NCBI GenBank assembly: GCA_965216875.1
Contig: OZ244207.1
Location: forward strand, 6,208,001 to 6,272,000
DNA length: 64,000 nt
Direction: 5' to 3'
Source of the DNA: Rubripirellula sp.
GTDB taxonomy: Bacteria > Planctomycetota > Planctomycetia > Pirellulales > Pirellulaceae
Translations under genes and position numbers: made by a program
The notes under the pieces: model-generated
Database searches by the model: none
Told to the model about the DNA's origin: nothing
What the model saw: the letters and a program-made list of their open reading frames with translations, nothing else
In this document: positions 20,718 to 29,978 of the stretch, piece after piece
Layout: the number at the start of each line of letters is the position of its first letter
How positions within the stretch are numbered: position 1 is the stretch's first letter

Positions 20718-23012
20718 TTAACCAATCTCGACAAGCGATTTCAAATCGATCACCAACGGTTGGTCGCCGTCGATCGCCAACAATCGTCGTGCGATCTTGG
20801 CTACGACCTCTTGTTCGATCACACGCTGCAGCGGACGAGCCCCAAGCAACGGATCAAAGCCGACAGCCGCAATCCGTTTGACCACGGAATCGTCCCAGAC
20901 CAACGTGACCCGCTTGTCGGTCAGCGTTTCACGTTGCTGAAGTGATTCAAGTTCTTTCTCAACGATCTTTTCGATCACATCGGCTGGCAACGCATCAAAG
21001 GTCACGACTTCGTCGAGTCGGTTCAAGAACTCGGGCCGAAACTCCTGTTCAATGGCTCGTTGCAGTGCGCGATTGTCTTCGCCCGTGAATCCAATCGACG
21101 CGCTGCTTTTGGCGCCCACGTTGCTCGTCATGATGATGATCGAACCACAAAGGGTGGTCGTTCGGCCAAAACGATCGGTCAACCTTCCCTCATCAAGGGC
21201 GGACAACAAACAATCGTGGACTTCGGTCGATGCTTTTTCAAATTCATCCAACAGCAACACCGACATTGGGCGTGCTCGCAATCGCGCAATCCAAGCGGCG
21301 ACCTCACCACTCGGCTCCATCAAGAACCGATCGACGGCGTCCCAACTTCCGTACTCACTCATGTCGAGACGGACGATCGTCTTTTCAAGTAGGTCTGTGT
21401 GGCCGAACAAATAGTCGGCCAAGCTTCGAGCAAGCTGTGTCTTGCCAACTCCTGTTGGACCGCAAAACAACATCGTTGCGACAGGACGACCGGGATCACA
21501 AAGGCCCGCCTTGAGTCGCAAGATCGTATTGGAAGCCGAATCGACAGCGGAATCTTGCCCGATCACCGATTGACGTAGCGAATCGCGAACCGACTCGGCC
21601 GAAAGCGTCACCGAGTCGCGGAGCATCGCTTCAGGCAATCCCGTCAACTTCGTAAAGCGGTCGACAATGTCTCCAACCGCGATCCGCATCTTACGGGTAT
21701 CTTGCTGATCGGCGCCGTTTTGTTGTTGCCAAGTTTGGGTTGATGAATCATCAAGGGTCTGCTGAATCAGATCACCAATCAATTCAACGGTGCCGCGCGG
21801 AGGCGATTGGTACGGCATGAATTGAGCGAACAGTCGCGTCACGGTTTCCGCCGCCGACTCTTCGATCTCGATTCGGTGGTTACGGCCAGCTCCCGAGAGC
21901 ATCGTCTCAGCAATGTCCCGTGTTTGATCATGGGTGAGCGTTGGAACATTGACGATCTGAAAACACTCAACCCAACCCGGTAACAGTCGCCGCGCAGCAT
22001 CAAGTTCTTCGTGAGTCGCTTCGGCGATCACGCGCACTTCGCGTCGACGGATGTAGGGCAACAAAAACGCGGCCAGCGAATCGGTCGGTTGTGAACCACC
22101 GAGGCGCACTAAGTCGACGAGCGATGTGAACGACAGGATTCCGGATATCGACTCCAACTCGGAGATCACTTGTTCAAGCCGCTGCTCCCATTCGCCCAAG
22201 TACTGCATGCCGGCGATCAGGTTCTCGGCCGAAGATTCCCACACCAGGGGCGGCGGAGTGCGATCACCATCGATCTTGGCCTGTTGGCGCGCGTTGGTTT
22301 GATGCAGTTGCGATGCCAAACGCACAACCGTTGATTTTCCACAGCCGGATGGCCCGACCAGAATCAGGCTCGAATCGATCATCCCGCTTAAAACTTGTGC
22401 CACTTCATTGTCGCGATGCTTCAGCGGAGCTGATTTCTGTTTGCGTTGGCGAACATCGATCGGAGAGGCAACGGTCGAAAGCGTTTCGGTGTTGTGCTGT
22501 GGCTTGCGGTCTTCGACGTCGCGCAGCTTGACGCGCACCACGCGCAGTTCCGAATCCGCGGGCGGGGTGGCTGCGAGAAGTTCGCGTGAATCGATCTGTG
22601 CCGTTGCGCCACGAACCGACTCTTCGATCAGTTTCGGCAGTTCGCGAATTGCTGGGCAATGAAAAACAACATCGAAGTCGGTTAGAAAACACTCGACGCT
22701 CTTGTCGACGTAGTGACCCAAGACATACCGAACCGGCAACTTGAGTTCTCGGCTGGCGGGAAACTGTCGGTTTTCGTCACGGTAATAAAGTCGTACGCGA
22801 ACGCTGGTTTCGTTTAGTTCGAACGAGTCGATTCGCGGCCAGTATTGATCGGGCTCGCGCATTCCCTGTTTGCGCAAGTAGTCTCGCACCCAGCTGAATG
22901 CTTCGGACGCAGACGTACCGGCAGCATCCGCGTCGGGTCCGTCAACCACGCGGGCGGTGAAGATGTCTTCGGCGTACTTCGTTACAAGAACGGGAACTTT
23001 TACACTTGTCAT
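20718..23012 (-). CDS. ClpA/B-like double-AAA+ ATPase 3 (HicB-like N-terminus, IGF loop, no C-terminal extension)
   Basis: GPSGCGKS, GPTGVGKT, LLLDEFEKA, MTSN, SIGF, FRPEFLNRLD, GARPLQR. Confidence 0.9.
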   Translation of the reverse strand: MTSVKVPVLVTKYAEDIFTARVVDGPDADAAGTSASEAFSWVRDYLRKQGMREPDQYWPRIDSFELNETSVRVRLYYRDENRQFPASRELKLPVRYVLGHYVDKSVECFLTDFDVVFHCPAIRELPKLIEESVRGATAQIDSRELLAATPPADSELRVVRVKLRDVEDRKPQHNTETLSTVASPIDVRQRKQKSAPLKHRDNEVAQVLSGMIDSSLILVGPSGCGKSTVVRLASQLHQTNARQQAKIDGDRTPPPLVWESSAENLIAGMQYLGEWEQRLEQVISELESISGILSFTSLVDLVRLGGSQPTDSLAAFLLPYIRRREVRVIAEATHEELDAARRLLPGWVECFQIVNVPTLTHDQTRDIAETMLSGAGRNHRIEIEESAAETVTRLFAQFMPYQSPPRGTVELIGDLIQQTLDDSSTQTWQQQNGADQQDTRKMRIAVGDIVDRFTKLTGLPEAMLRDSVTLSAESVRDSLRQSVIGQDSAVDSASNTILRLKAGLCDPGRPVATMLFCGPTGVGKTQLARSLADYLFGHTDLLEKTIVRLDMSEYGSWDAVDRFLMEPSGEVAAWIARLRARPMSVLLLDEFEKASTEVHDCLLSALDEGRLTDRFGRTTTLCGSIIIMTSNVGAKSSASIGFTGEDNRALQRAIEQEFRPEFLNRLDEVVTFDALPADVIEKIVEKELESLQQRETLTDKRVTLVWDDSVVKRIAAVGFDPLLGARPLQRVIEQEVVAKIARRLLAIDGDQPLVIDLKSLVEIG

Positions 23013-26000
23013 TTCGTTGCCTCTTTGTGATCGGGCAAGAATTCGACACTACGGCGCGACTGGCGAACCAATTTCATGAGCGCCACCTGGCCCAACGATT
23101 GGCTGACCGCTGCGCCGCTGACCAAGTCGACCAGTGGCCCACCCGATTGAAGCACGCGTCGAATCGGCGAGATTCGTTCAGGCTGTGGCTCGTTCATCCA
23201 GCGTTGGTGTGCATCGTCGTCTGATTCGTTCGCATCGAGCGGTCTTGCACTCACCTCAGCTAACAAAAACTCACCGGTTGGTCGGACGATCAGCCAGCCG
23301 CCGAGCAAATGGTCGATCGTGGCTTTGGCGAGTGCTCCTTGGACGATGTAAAAACAGACATCGCGACTCGCATCCGCAACAAGGTTTTCATCGCCAACCA
23401 TCCATTGGTGAATGATCGACGACACGATGCACGGTTCAACGTACGAATCGACTTCGGGCCATTGCTTTGACCATTCCGACGACGGTCGATGAAACTCGGA
23501 CCGTCCGTACCAACGGATCGACAGCGCCCACCGATGCGACATCCCACGTGCGGAGAGTTGTCCATGCAATCGCCCCATCTCGTTCAAGAACTGATCTCGC
23601 GTTTCGTCCAACTCGCCAGAATCAACATCAACGAGTGAATCCTGCAGGTAGTCCATGATGTCATCGACCGCTTGCAAATCGCGCATGTCGATTGTGCTGT
23701 TTGGTTCGAAGCGTTTTCCAACCATGCTCGATCCTGGAACAGGAACCGGTGTCGATTGCGGCTTCTGCAGCTTTGGTTTCTGCTGAGTCTCGGTCAGTTT
23801 GCGCAGCGTCTGGCGACACTCCAGCAAACTGTCGCGAAGTGTCATCGTTTCAAACTGTTTGGGATCGACGCCTTCGCCGCCGAGTTCGAAACTTAGTGGC
23901 ACGCCTTCGATTTCGTCGGCAATCTCGTCGAGCCACAATTGACTGCGTCGCAGAAGCTCGGTCAGCGGCATGTTGGCGTCAGTCGCAACCGGCTTGGCGT
24001 ATTCGATCGGCTGCCAGCGCGTTTGAACGGATTCGCCATCAAGGTAGAGGCGCAAGATCGTTGGTTGGTCCGTCGGTGTGGACGCGAGAACTTGCGACGC
24101 GGGTCCGACAAGATCACGTTCGATTTGACGCTTAAGCGCGCGAGCCCCCATCGACGGGTCGTAACCTCGCGACGCCGTCCATTTGATGGCCGCTTCGTCC
24201 ACATCGATCAAAACGCTGCGTCGCTGCAAACCGTCTCGTTGAAGCACATCATCCAATTGCATCCAGGCGATCGATTCCATCGTCTCGGTTGACAATCGCT
24301 CAAAGCTCAACACATCGTCGATACGATTGAAGAACTCGGGGCGAAAGAACTCTTGGGCCGCTTTGCGATGAACATCGCCGATGACTTTTTCATCGGTCAC
24401 ATCAGAAAAGCCGCTACCACGCCCGGACTGTCGTGACCCGAGGTTGCTTGTCATCAAGATCAACAGTCCTGACAGATCCACGGTGCGTCCCCGCGCATCA
24501 CTCAGCCGCGCTTCACCAATCGCGTGCAATAGGACATCAAGAACGGTTGGGTGCGCCTTTTCGATCTCGTCTAGCAACAGGACTGCGTGCGGTCGGCGGC
24601 GAACGGCACTGGTCAACATTCCGTCGGGGGCATCGAACGTTCCAATCAAGCGCGACGCGGAAGCCGGAGACGACAATTCGTTCATGTCCAACCGAATCAA
24701 CCCGCCGCTATCGAACATGCATTCAGCAACCGCCTTGGCAAGTTGCGTCTTGCCGACGCCAGTTGGGCCAACCAACAAAAAGGTTCCCAACGGCCGATTG
24801 GTATCATTCATCTGAGCCGCAGCGATCATGATTCGATCAATCAGTTTTTCGACCGCCGCATCCTGCCCAACGACTGACTGGCGAATCGAGCGGTCCATCG
24901 CAACGCGCGTTAACGCTTGACGGCGATCGATCATCGATGGAAGCAAGCCCGAACGCGATTGAAATTCGTTGATCGCCAACTCACGGTTGACCATTCGGCC
25001 CTGGGGGCGGGCGGCGAGTCGGTAAAGCGCCGCAGCCGCCTTGCCTGGCAACACCGAAGATCGATCAAATCGATCGTACAGCGACACGATTTCGGGGATC
25101 ACGTCGGTATCGAAAAACAATTTGCCATTGGCTTCGAGCTTGCGCTGAATGCCGACCAGCGTTTCCATGGTGCGGCGAGTGTCGAGCGCTTCGGTCGGTA
25201 CCACGACCATCCGATCGGCCAAAGTTCGATCACGTTCGCGAAGGATCGCCCAAGCTTCGGGAGTCATTTCAGCGAGAAGACGTACGGGCCGAATATCAAG
25301 TTGAGCGCGCAGCGTGTCGGCGACACACATACTGCTGTCTCTGCACTTGCCTGCCTCGTAAAGCCCAAGCAAGTCATCGAAGTACAAGATGTGATCGTAG
25401 CGATAGGCGTGCTTCAAAATCCCGAGCACACGCTCCTGCCATTGACCCAAGTAGCTCATGCCCGAAATCAAACGCGCGGGCGAAAGATGCCAAACTTGAC
25501 CCCGTGTTGCCGATTTCGATCGCAAGCGCCGACGCCGCACTGCACCTTCGATGCGCGCGGTCTTGCCGCTGCCGGATGGCCCGACCAAAACCACACCTCG
25601 CCGGTCGCCAACTTCCATCAAGTGCATGAGTCGTTGAACGTCGTCGCCCACACTGATCGGATCGCAAAGTTCGTCGATATCGACCCAGTTCAAACAACGT
25701 CCGACCTGGCGCAATTGCGAAGCACCATCCGAGACGTCTTGTCCGCCGAGTAGCGCTCGAAGCGGGTCGACCGCCTTCTTCTGTGCTTTCTGGGCCATCA
25801 CCTCGATCGTGACGTAGTCGACCCAAGCTTTGCCTTCGATGCTGTGGTGTTCCACAGGGTATTCAGGACGATCCTTACGAATCTTGCGAAAGTAGGACTC
25901 GTAGACTTCGGCTGCCCGCGTCTCGATCGATTCGCCTTCTTCAACGTCGAACCACGAGTCGAAAAGCGTGGGTGAAAACACCAGGCGACGTCCATGCCGA

Positions 26001-26299
26001 ATCATGCTGACGAGCAACAACTTGAGGTTGGCGGTGCGATCGCGGAGGTCTAGCGACAATTTGACCAATCGGTCATCCATCATGTCGGCTTCATGCCACT
26101 GCAATAGCTGTTGGTGGTCGCTCTCGCGCGCAAGTGGCGCCAGTTCGACGCGAAGTTTGTTTGTCAGTTTGGCGATGACCTTGCCCAATTCGGTTCCCCG
26201 CATGACGGGCTCAGGGAAAAAGAGTGGGCGCACCGTGATCGGCGGAGTGGTTCCCCGATTGCGGCGTTGCTGGACGTAAATAGGTATGGTGATTTTCAT
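23009..26299 (-). CDS. ClpA/B-like double-AAA+ ATPase 2 with diverged release-factor-like C-terminal domain
   Basis: GPSGSGKT, GPTGVGKT, LLLDEIEKAH, FRPEFFNRID, GARALKR; ATGA overlap with ATPase 3. Confidence 0.9.
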   Translation of the reverse strand: MKITIPIYVQQRRNRGTTPPITVRPLFFPEPVMRGTELGKVIAKLTNKLRVELAPLARESDHQQLLQWHEADMMDDRLVKLSLDLRDRTANLKLLLVSMIRHGRRLVFSPTLFDSWFDVEEGESIETRAAEVYESYFRKIRKDRPEYPVEHHSIEGKAWVDYVTIEVMAQKAQKKAVDPLRALLGGQDVSDGASQLRQVGRCLNWVDIDELCDPISVGDDVQRLMHLMEVGDRRGVVLVGPSGSGKTARIEGAVRRRRLRSKSATRGQVWHLSPARLISGMSYLGQWQERVLGILKHAYRYDHILYFDDLLGLYEAGKCRDSSMCVADTLRAQLDIRPVRLLAEMTPEAWAILRERDRTLADRMVVVPTEALDTRRTMETLVGIQRKLEANGKLFFDTDVIPEIVSLYDRFDRSSVLPGKAAAALYRLAARPQGRMVNRELAINEFQSRSGLLPSMIDRRQALTRVAMDRSIRQSVVGQDAAVEKLIDRIMIAAAQMNDTNRPLGTFLLVGPTGVGKTQLAKAVAECMFDSGGLIRLDMNELSSPASASRLIGTFDAPDGMLTSAVRRRPHAVLLLDEIEKAHPTVLDVLLHAIGEARLSDARGRTVDLSGLLILMTSNLGSRQSGRGSGFSDVTDEKVIGDVHRKAAQEFFRPEFFNRIDDVLSFERLSTETMESIAWMQLDDVLQRDGLQRRSVLIDVDEAAIKWTASRGYDPSMGARALKRQIERDLVGPASQVLASTPTDQPTILRLYLDGESVQTRWQPIEYAKPVATDANMPLTELLRRSQLWLDEIADEIEGVPLSFELGGEGVDPKQFETMTLRDSLLECRQTLRKLTETQQKPKLQKPQSTPVPVPGSSMVGKRFEPNSTIDMRDLQAVDDIMDYLQDSLVDVDSGELDETRDQFLNEMGRLHGQLSARGMSHRWALSIRWYGRSEFHRPSSEWSKQWPEVDSYVEPCIVSSIIHQWMVGDENLVADASRDVCFYIVQGALAKATIDHLLGGWLIVRPTGEFLLAEVSARPLDANESDDDAHQRWMNEPQPERISPIRRVLQSGGPLVDLVSGAAVSQSLGQVALMKLVRQSRRSVEFLPDHKEATK

Positions 26300-26315
26300 G
26301 TTGATCGCGGTCGTG

Positions 26316-29300
26316 TTACAGGGATTCCGCGTCTGTCAAATCGAACGTCTCGTCTCCGTCTCCTTCTGTCTCGTCCAACGCGGCCCACACACGACGCTTG
26401 GTTTCTTCTTCGATTGCGGCGTCGAGCCATCGCCCTTCGCGATCACTCTTGATCGTGTGGGTTGATGACAGCGTGAATTCCGAGACCAACCCCGTATCGA
26501 GGTCGTAATAGCGTCGTGGCGCCGCTGGCATTTGGTAGTCACGCGTCGGCAACCAGTTGGGCGCCACGTAATCGATCGGCGCCCCGGTGTGCTTGCTGAC
26601 CAAGATCGATTCACCGATTTGGTCGGTAATGCTCGACTTTCGAAACGTGTGGACGCCTTCCTCTGTGCTCATCGACAACTCCGCACCTTCACCCCGAAAT
26701 GTCATCATCAACGCCAACGTATTCTCCGGGATCAGGGGAAGCGTGGTCGGGTGCGTCATGAGGTACGCCGCCAAACTTGGCTTGGTATCGGAGGTTTTGT
26801 TCTCTTCCTTCAAGACTTCCAAGTTGTCTCTTTGCGTTGCGATTCGAAACGAAGCGTCTTCGGTCCATCCGTCACAATAGACTTTGGGATCCGCCTTGGA
26901 CTCTTTTTCGCGGCGAAGCAGCGCATGGACCTGCAGTTTCCACTCGCGCCGAGAGGCAACGTACGTGTAACCAGTCAGGAGGCGTTGAGCGACGTGAAAG
27001 TTCGGGCCTGACAGCACCAACGAGATCTGCTGGCGGCCCATCGGCTTTTCGCTATTGAGTTCGCATAGCAACCGCCACATTCGCTCTTGTAGGTCTTCGG
27101 TACGCTTTTTGGTCTCTTCAAGATCAATCTCCTCGTCAAGGTAATACTTCACCATGAAGTCGGATTCGATCGCGTTGATGCGCTCGGTGAGCCGTGCGAT
27201 GTCGCGCAGTCGGTTGCGTTTTTGTTCCAACTGCACAGCCAACGGGCCATGCGCAACTTTGTCGCGACGCTTTTCGTCGCGGACTTTGCGGCGCATCCGC
27301 TTGATCTTGCGCGAAATCAGAGTGCATTCGTTGCGGAGTTTGCGAACCGCGCTGCAGCGAGCAAGCGACTGACTGCGACGACGCAGCGTCAGCACATCGG
27401 TCAACATCGACCAAACGTTTTCGGATGCGCAATTGTCGTTGTGCCCCCGAATTGACTCGATCGAGACATTCACCTGTTCGTTTTGTTCGCTCGATTCCGA
27501 TAGTTGGACACTTGCTTCCAGCCTGTCAGAGCGCTTGTTGCAAATCGCTTCCGCTAACGGGACAAGGACCGTCTTTTCAATTTCGCGCGCAAGCGGACGA
27601 GCACCATACTTGGCTTGATAGCCATCGCTCGACAGTTGGCGGACGGCGTCCTCGCTGACGCTCAATCCACGACCTCGTTCCTTCCAACCGCTTCGACGTT
27701 GCAACTCGTCCAGACGCAATTTCGCGATCTGTTGAACGATCGCTGGCGACAACGGGTCGTACGTCAGAATTCGGTCAATGCGATTGAACATTTCGGGGCG
27801 CAAGAATTCACGCACCTTCTTTTCGAAGTGTCCGCGGTAGCGCTGCACCGATTGTGTGTCGGCGAGTCCAAGTGGGACTTCACGATACGACTCGACGCCC
27901 AGGTTGCTTGTCATGAGGACAATTGAATTGCGAAAGTCGGCGACGCGTCCATGACCATCGGTCAATCGGCCTTCACCGAGCACCTGAAGCAATAAGTCAA
28001 AGACCGAGGGATGCGCCTTTTCGAATTCATCCAAGAGCACCAGCGAAAAAGGTTGCGCGCGTACCGCCGAGGTCAAGATACCCTCAGGGTGCATCGCATC
28101 ACCAATCAATCGGCCGACGGCAGCCGGCGTCGACATTTCCGACATGTCAATCCGCACCAGCCGCGACACATCGCTGTAAATCAGCCGTGCCAGCGCCTTG
28201 GCGGTTTCGGTCTTGCCAACGCCTGTTGGTCCGATCAACAACAAGGAAGCCAGGGGACGATCGCCACGCGACAGGTCGGCCGCGAGCGTTGCAATCATGT
28301 CCACCAAGGTCTTGATGACCGATGGTTGGCCCAAAACCTGTGAGGCGAGTTTCTCTTCGATCTCATTTAGGTCGGGTCGCACACTGTCATCGATCAAGAA
28401 GGGAGGCAACCCGGTTTGGCGCCCGAATGACTCGATCACCCGCGCGACATCCAACGTGTCGCCGGGCTTAAGTTCGCTCATCGTTGCGTGAAAGAACGAG
28501 AGTGGACGGCCTGGCGAGGCGGCGTCCGTTCGAAAGCGTCGATGAAGTCGGTCGAGTACCTGCAGCGCGGACGGTTCGACTTCGGGAAGTCTTGAGTCTT
28601 GCACACGTGGCTTGACTCGCTTTCGTTTCTTTCGTTTCTTTGCAATTTCGGCCGTGATGTTCACTGGTCGCCACGCCGCCGCGGAATCGAGCAAGATCGA
28701 GCGCGTTTGATCGGGCGCCGGCTCTTCGATGCGCATCGTCGTCAATGCGGCGAGCAACCGTGGCTCGACGCGTTGCATTCTTGACAACTGTTCCGGCGTG
28801 CATTCGATCACCGCGCGCAGCGATCCACTCGCGAGTCGGGGTGCCAACAAGGAACCGCATCCACCGCTACCACGAAGCCTCCCCGACTCACTGAGTTCAA
28901 CCAGGTTCCCAAGGTGAACCACGGACGGAAAACGCGACGCCTCTTCGGCCATTTTTAAACATTGCTGCTGCCACATCCCGAATCCACTTTGGCCCGAAAT
29001 GAGCCTCGATCCGTCGGTCGCCCAGCATTGGATCGCTTGCATGCCAAATTCATCACGCTGGCGCACCCATTGGTGAAACACGGCCGTCTTGCCAACGCCC
29101 GAAGGTCCGACCAGCAAGACACTGCGCGCTCGGCTGCTCGAAAGAAGCGAAGCCAATTGCTGGACTTCGTCGTCGCGGTGGTAGGCAGGTCGCAAAGTGT
29201 CGCGGCGCAACCGAGTCGCAACCGTGCCGAGCGTTGGCGTCTTGCTTTTCGGTTTTTCGTTGGCTTTTCGCTTTTTCTCGCTGGGCGTCAGCAGGTCGAC

Positions 29301-29798
29301 CTTGAAACGGTGCTGCTCAAGCGAAGCAGTCTGGCTTTTTCCGAGCGCGGCCAATCCCATGAGCTCCCAAGAGCCTTGTCGGCGCAGCGCCGATCGAATC
29401 TGTTCCTGGACCAGACTTTCCACGTCCGTCTTTGGCGTCGAGACGATGGTCAGTGCGAGGGACGGAACGTAAGTCACGATCAAACTGGCGTCTTGTTCCC
29501 AAACGAAGGTGTCGAAGTCGACATCAATCGGTTCGCGCCAAGCATCCGATCGCTTGGGCGGCGCGATCTCGACGGTCACCCTTTCTTGGCGCGCAGGACC
29601 GCGGACAAGTAATTCGACCAGCTCGCCACCGTCACTGCCTTTGCAGGTATCGATGACATACCGACGAACCAAACGGTGCGCGTTGTCTGGATTTCCGGCG
29701 GCGATCGCAATCTCAGGAAAACCAATCGGACGAACGAGAGTGAGTTCACCATGAGGAACGATGACCAAAGGCAAATCGATGTTGATCGACTGGGGCAT
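26316..29798 (-). CDS. ClpA/B-like double-AAA+ ATPase 1 with release-factor (PCRF)-like C-terminal domain
   Basis: GPSGVGKT, GPTGVGKT, LLDEFEKAH, LRPEMFNRID, GARPLAR; C-terminal FRGEGAELSMSTEEGVH. Confidence 0.9.
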   Translation of the reverse strand: MPQSINIDLPLVIVPHGELTLVRPIGFPEIAIAAGNPDNAHRLVRRYVIDTCKGSDGGELVELLVRGPARQERVTVEIAPPKRSDAWREPIDVDFDTFVWEQDASLIVTYVPSLALTIVSTPKTDVESLVQEQIRSALRRQGSWELMGLAALGKSQTASLEQHRFKVDLLTPSEKKRKANEKPKSKTPTLGTVATRLRRDTLRPAYHRDDEVQQLASLLSSSRARSVLLVGPSGVGKTAVFHQWVRQRDEFGMQAIQCWATDGSRLISGQSGFGMWQQQCLKMAEEASRFPSVVHLGNLVELSESGRLRGSGGCGSLLAPRLASGSLRAVIECTPEQLSRMQRVEPRLLAALTTMRIEEPAPDQTRSILLDSAAAWRPVNITAEIAKKRKKRKRVKPRVQDSRLPEVEPSALQVLDRLHRRFRTDAASPGRPLSFFHATMSELKPGDTLDVARVIESFGRQTGLPPFLIDDSVRPDLNEIEEKLASQVLGQPSVIKTLVDMIATLAADLSRGDRPLASLLLIGPTGVGKTETAKALARLIYSDVSRLVRIDMSEMSTPAAVGRLIGDAMHPEGILTSAVRAQPFSLVLLDEFEKAHPSVFDLLLQVLGEGRLTDGHGRVADFRNSIVLMTSNLGVESYREVPLGLADTQSVQRYRGHFEKKVREFLRPEMFNRIDRILTYDPLSPAIVQQIAKLRLDELQRRSGWKERGRGLSVSEDAVRQLSSDGYQAKYGARPLAREIEKTVLVPLAEAICNKRSDRLEASVQLSESSEQNEQVNVSIESIRGHNDNCASENVWSMLTDVLTLRRRSQSLARCSAVRKLRNECTLISRKIKRMRRKVRDEKRRDKVAHGPLAVQLEQKRNRLRDIARLTERINAIESDFMVKYYLDEEIDLEETKKRTEDLQERMWRLLCELNSEKPMGRQQISLVLSGPNFHVAQRLLTGYTYVASRREWKLQVHALLRREKESKADPKVYCDGWTEDASFRIATQRDNLEVLKEENKTSDTKPSLAAYLMTHPTTLPLIPENTLALMMTFRGEGAELSMSTEEGVHTFRKSSITDQIGESILVSKHTGAPIDYVAPNWLPTRDYQMPAAPRRYYDLDTGLVSEFTLSSTHTIKSDREGRWLDAAIEEETKRRVWAALDETEGDGDETFDLTDAESL

Positions 29799-29978
29799 AT
29801 CGTTGTTGGGAAAAGTGATTGGGTGTCGGCTGGCGCAGCAGCGAACAAGGTTCGCTGTACCTCTGGGTCACCGAAATCGATCGGATCGGCGCGCAGTGGC
29901 AGCACCGATCTAAAACGAGTGTCACATTACAATCGACACATTCAAAACAGCGAGGTTCGTGCCCGTCGCCAGATCCAC

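Noticed and set aside
20718..29798. Calling the three ATPases clpA, clpB, clpC or clpV, or a single frameshifted pseudogene
   Set aside because: Each is a complete double-AAA+ ORF; there is no Clp-N or M domain, no GYVG loop, and no T6SS genes nearby
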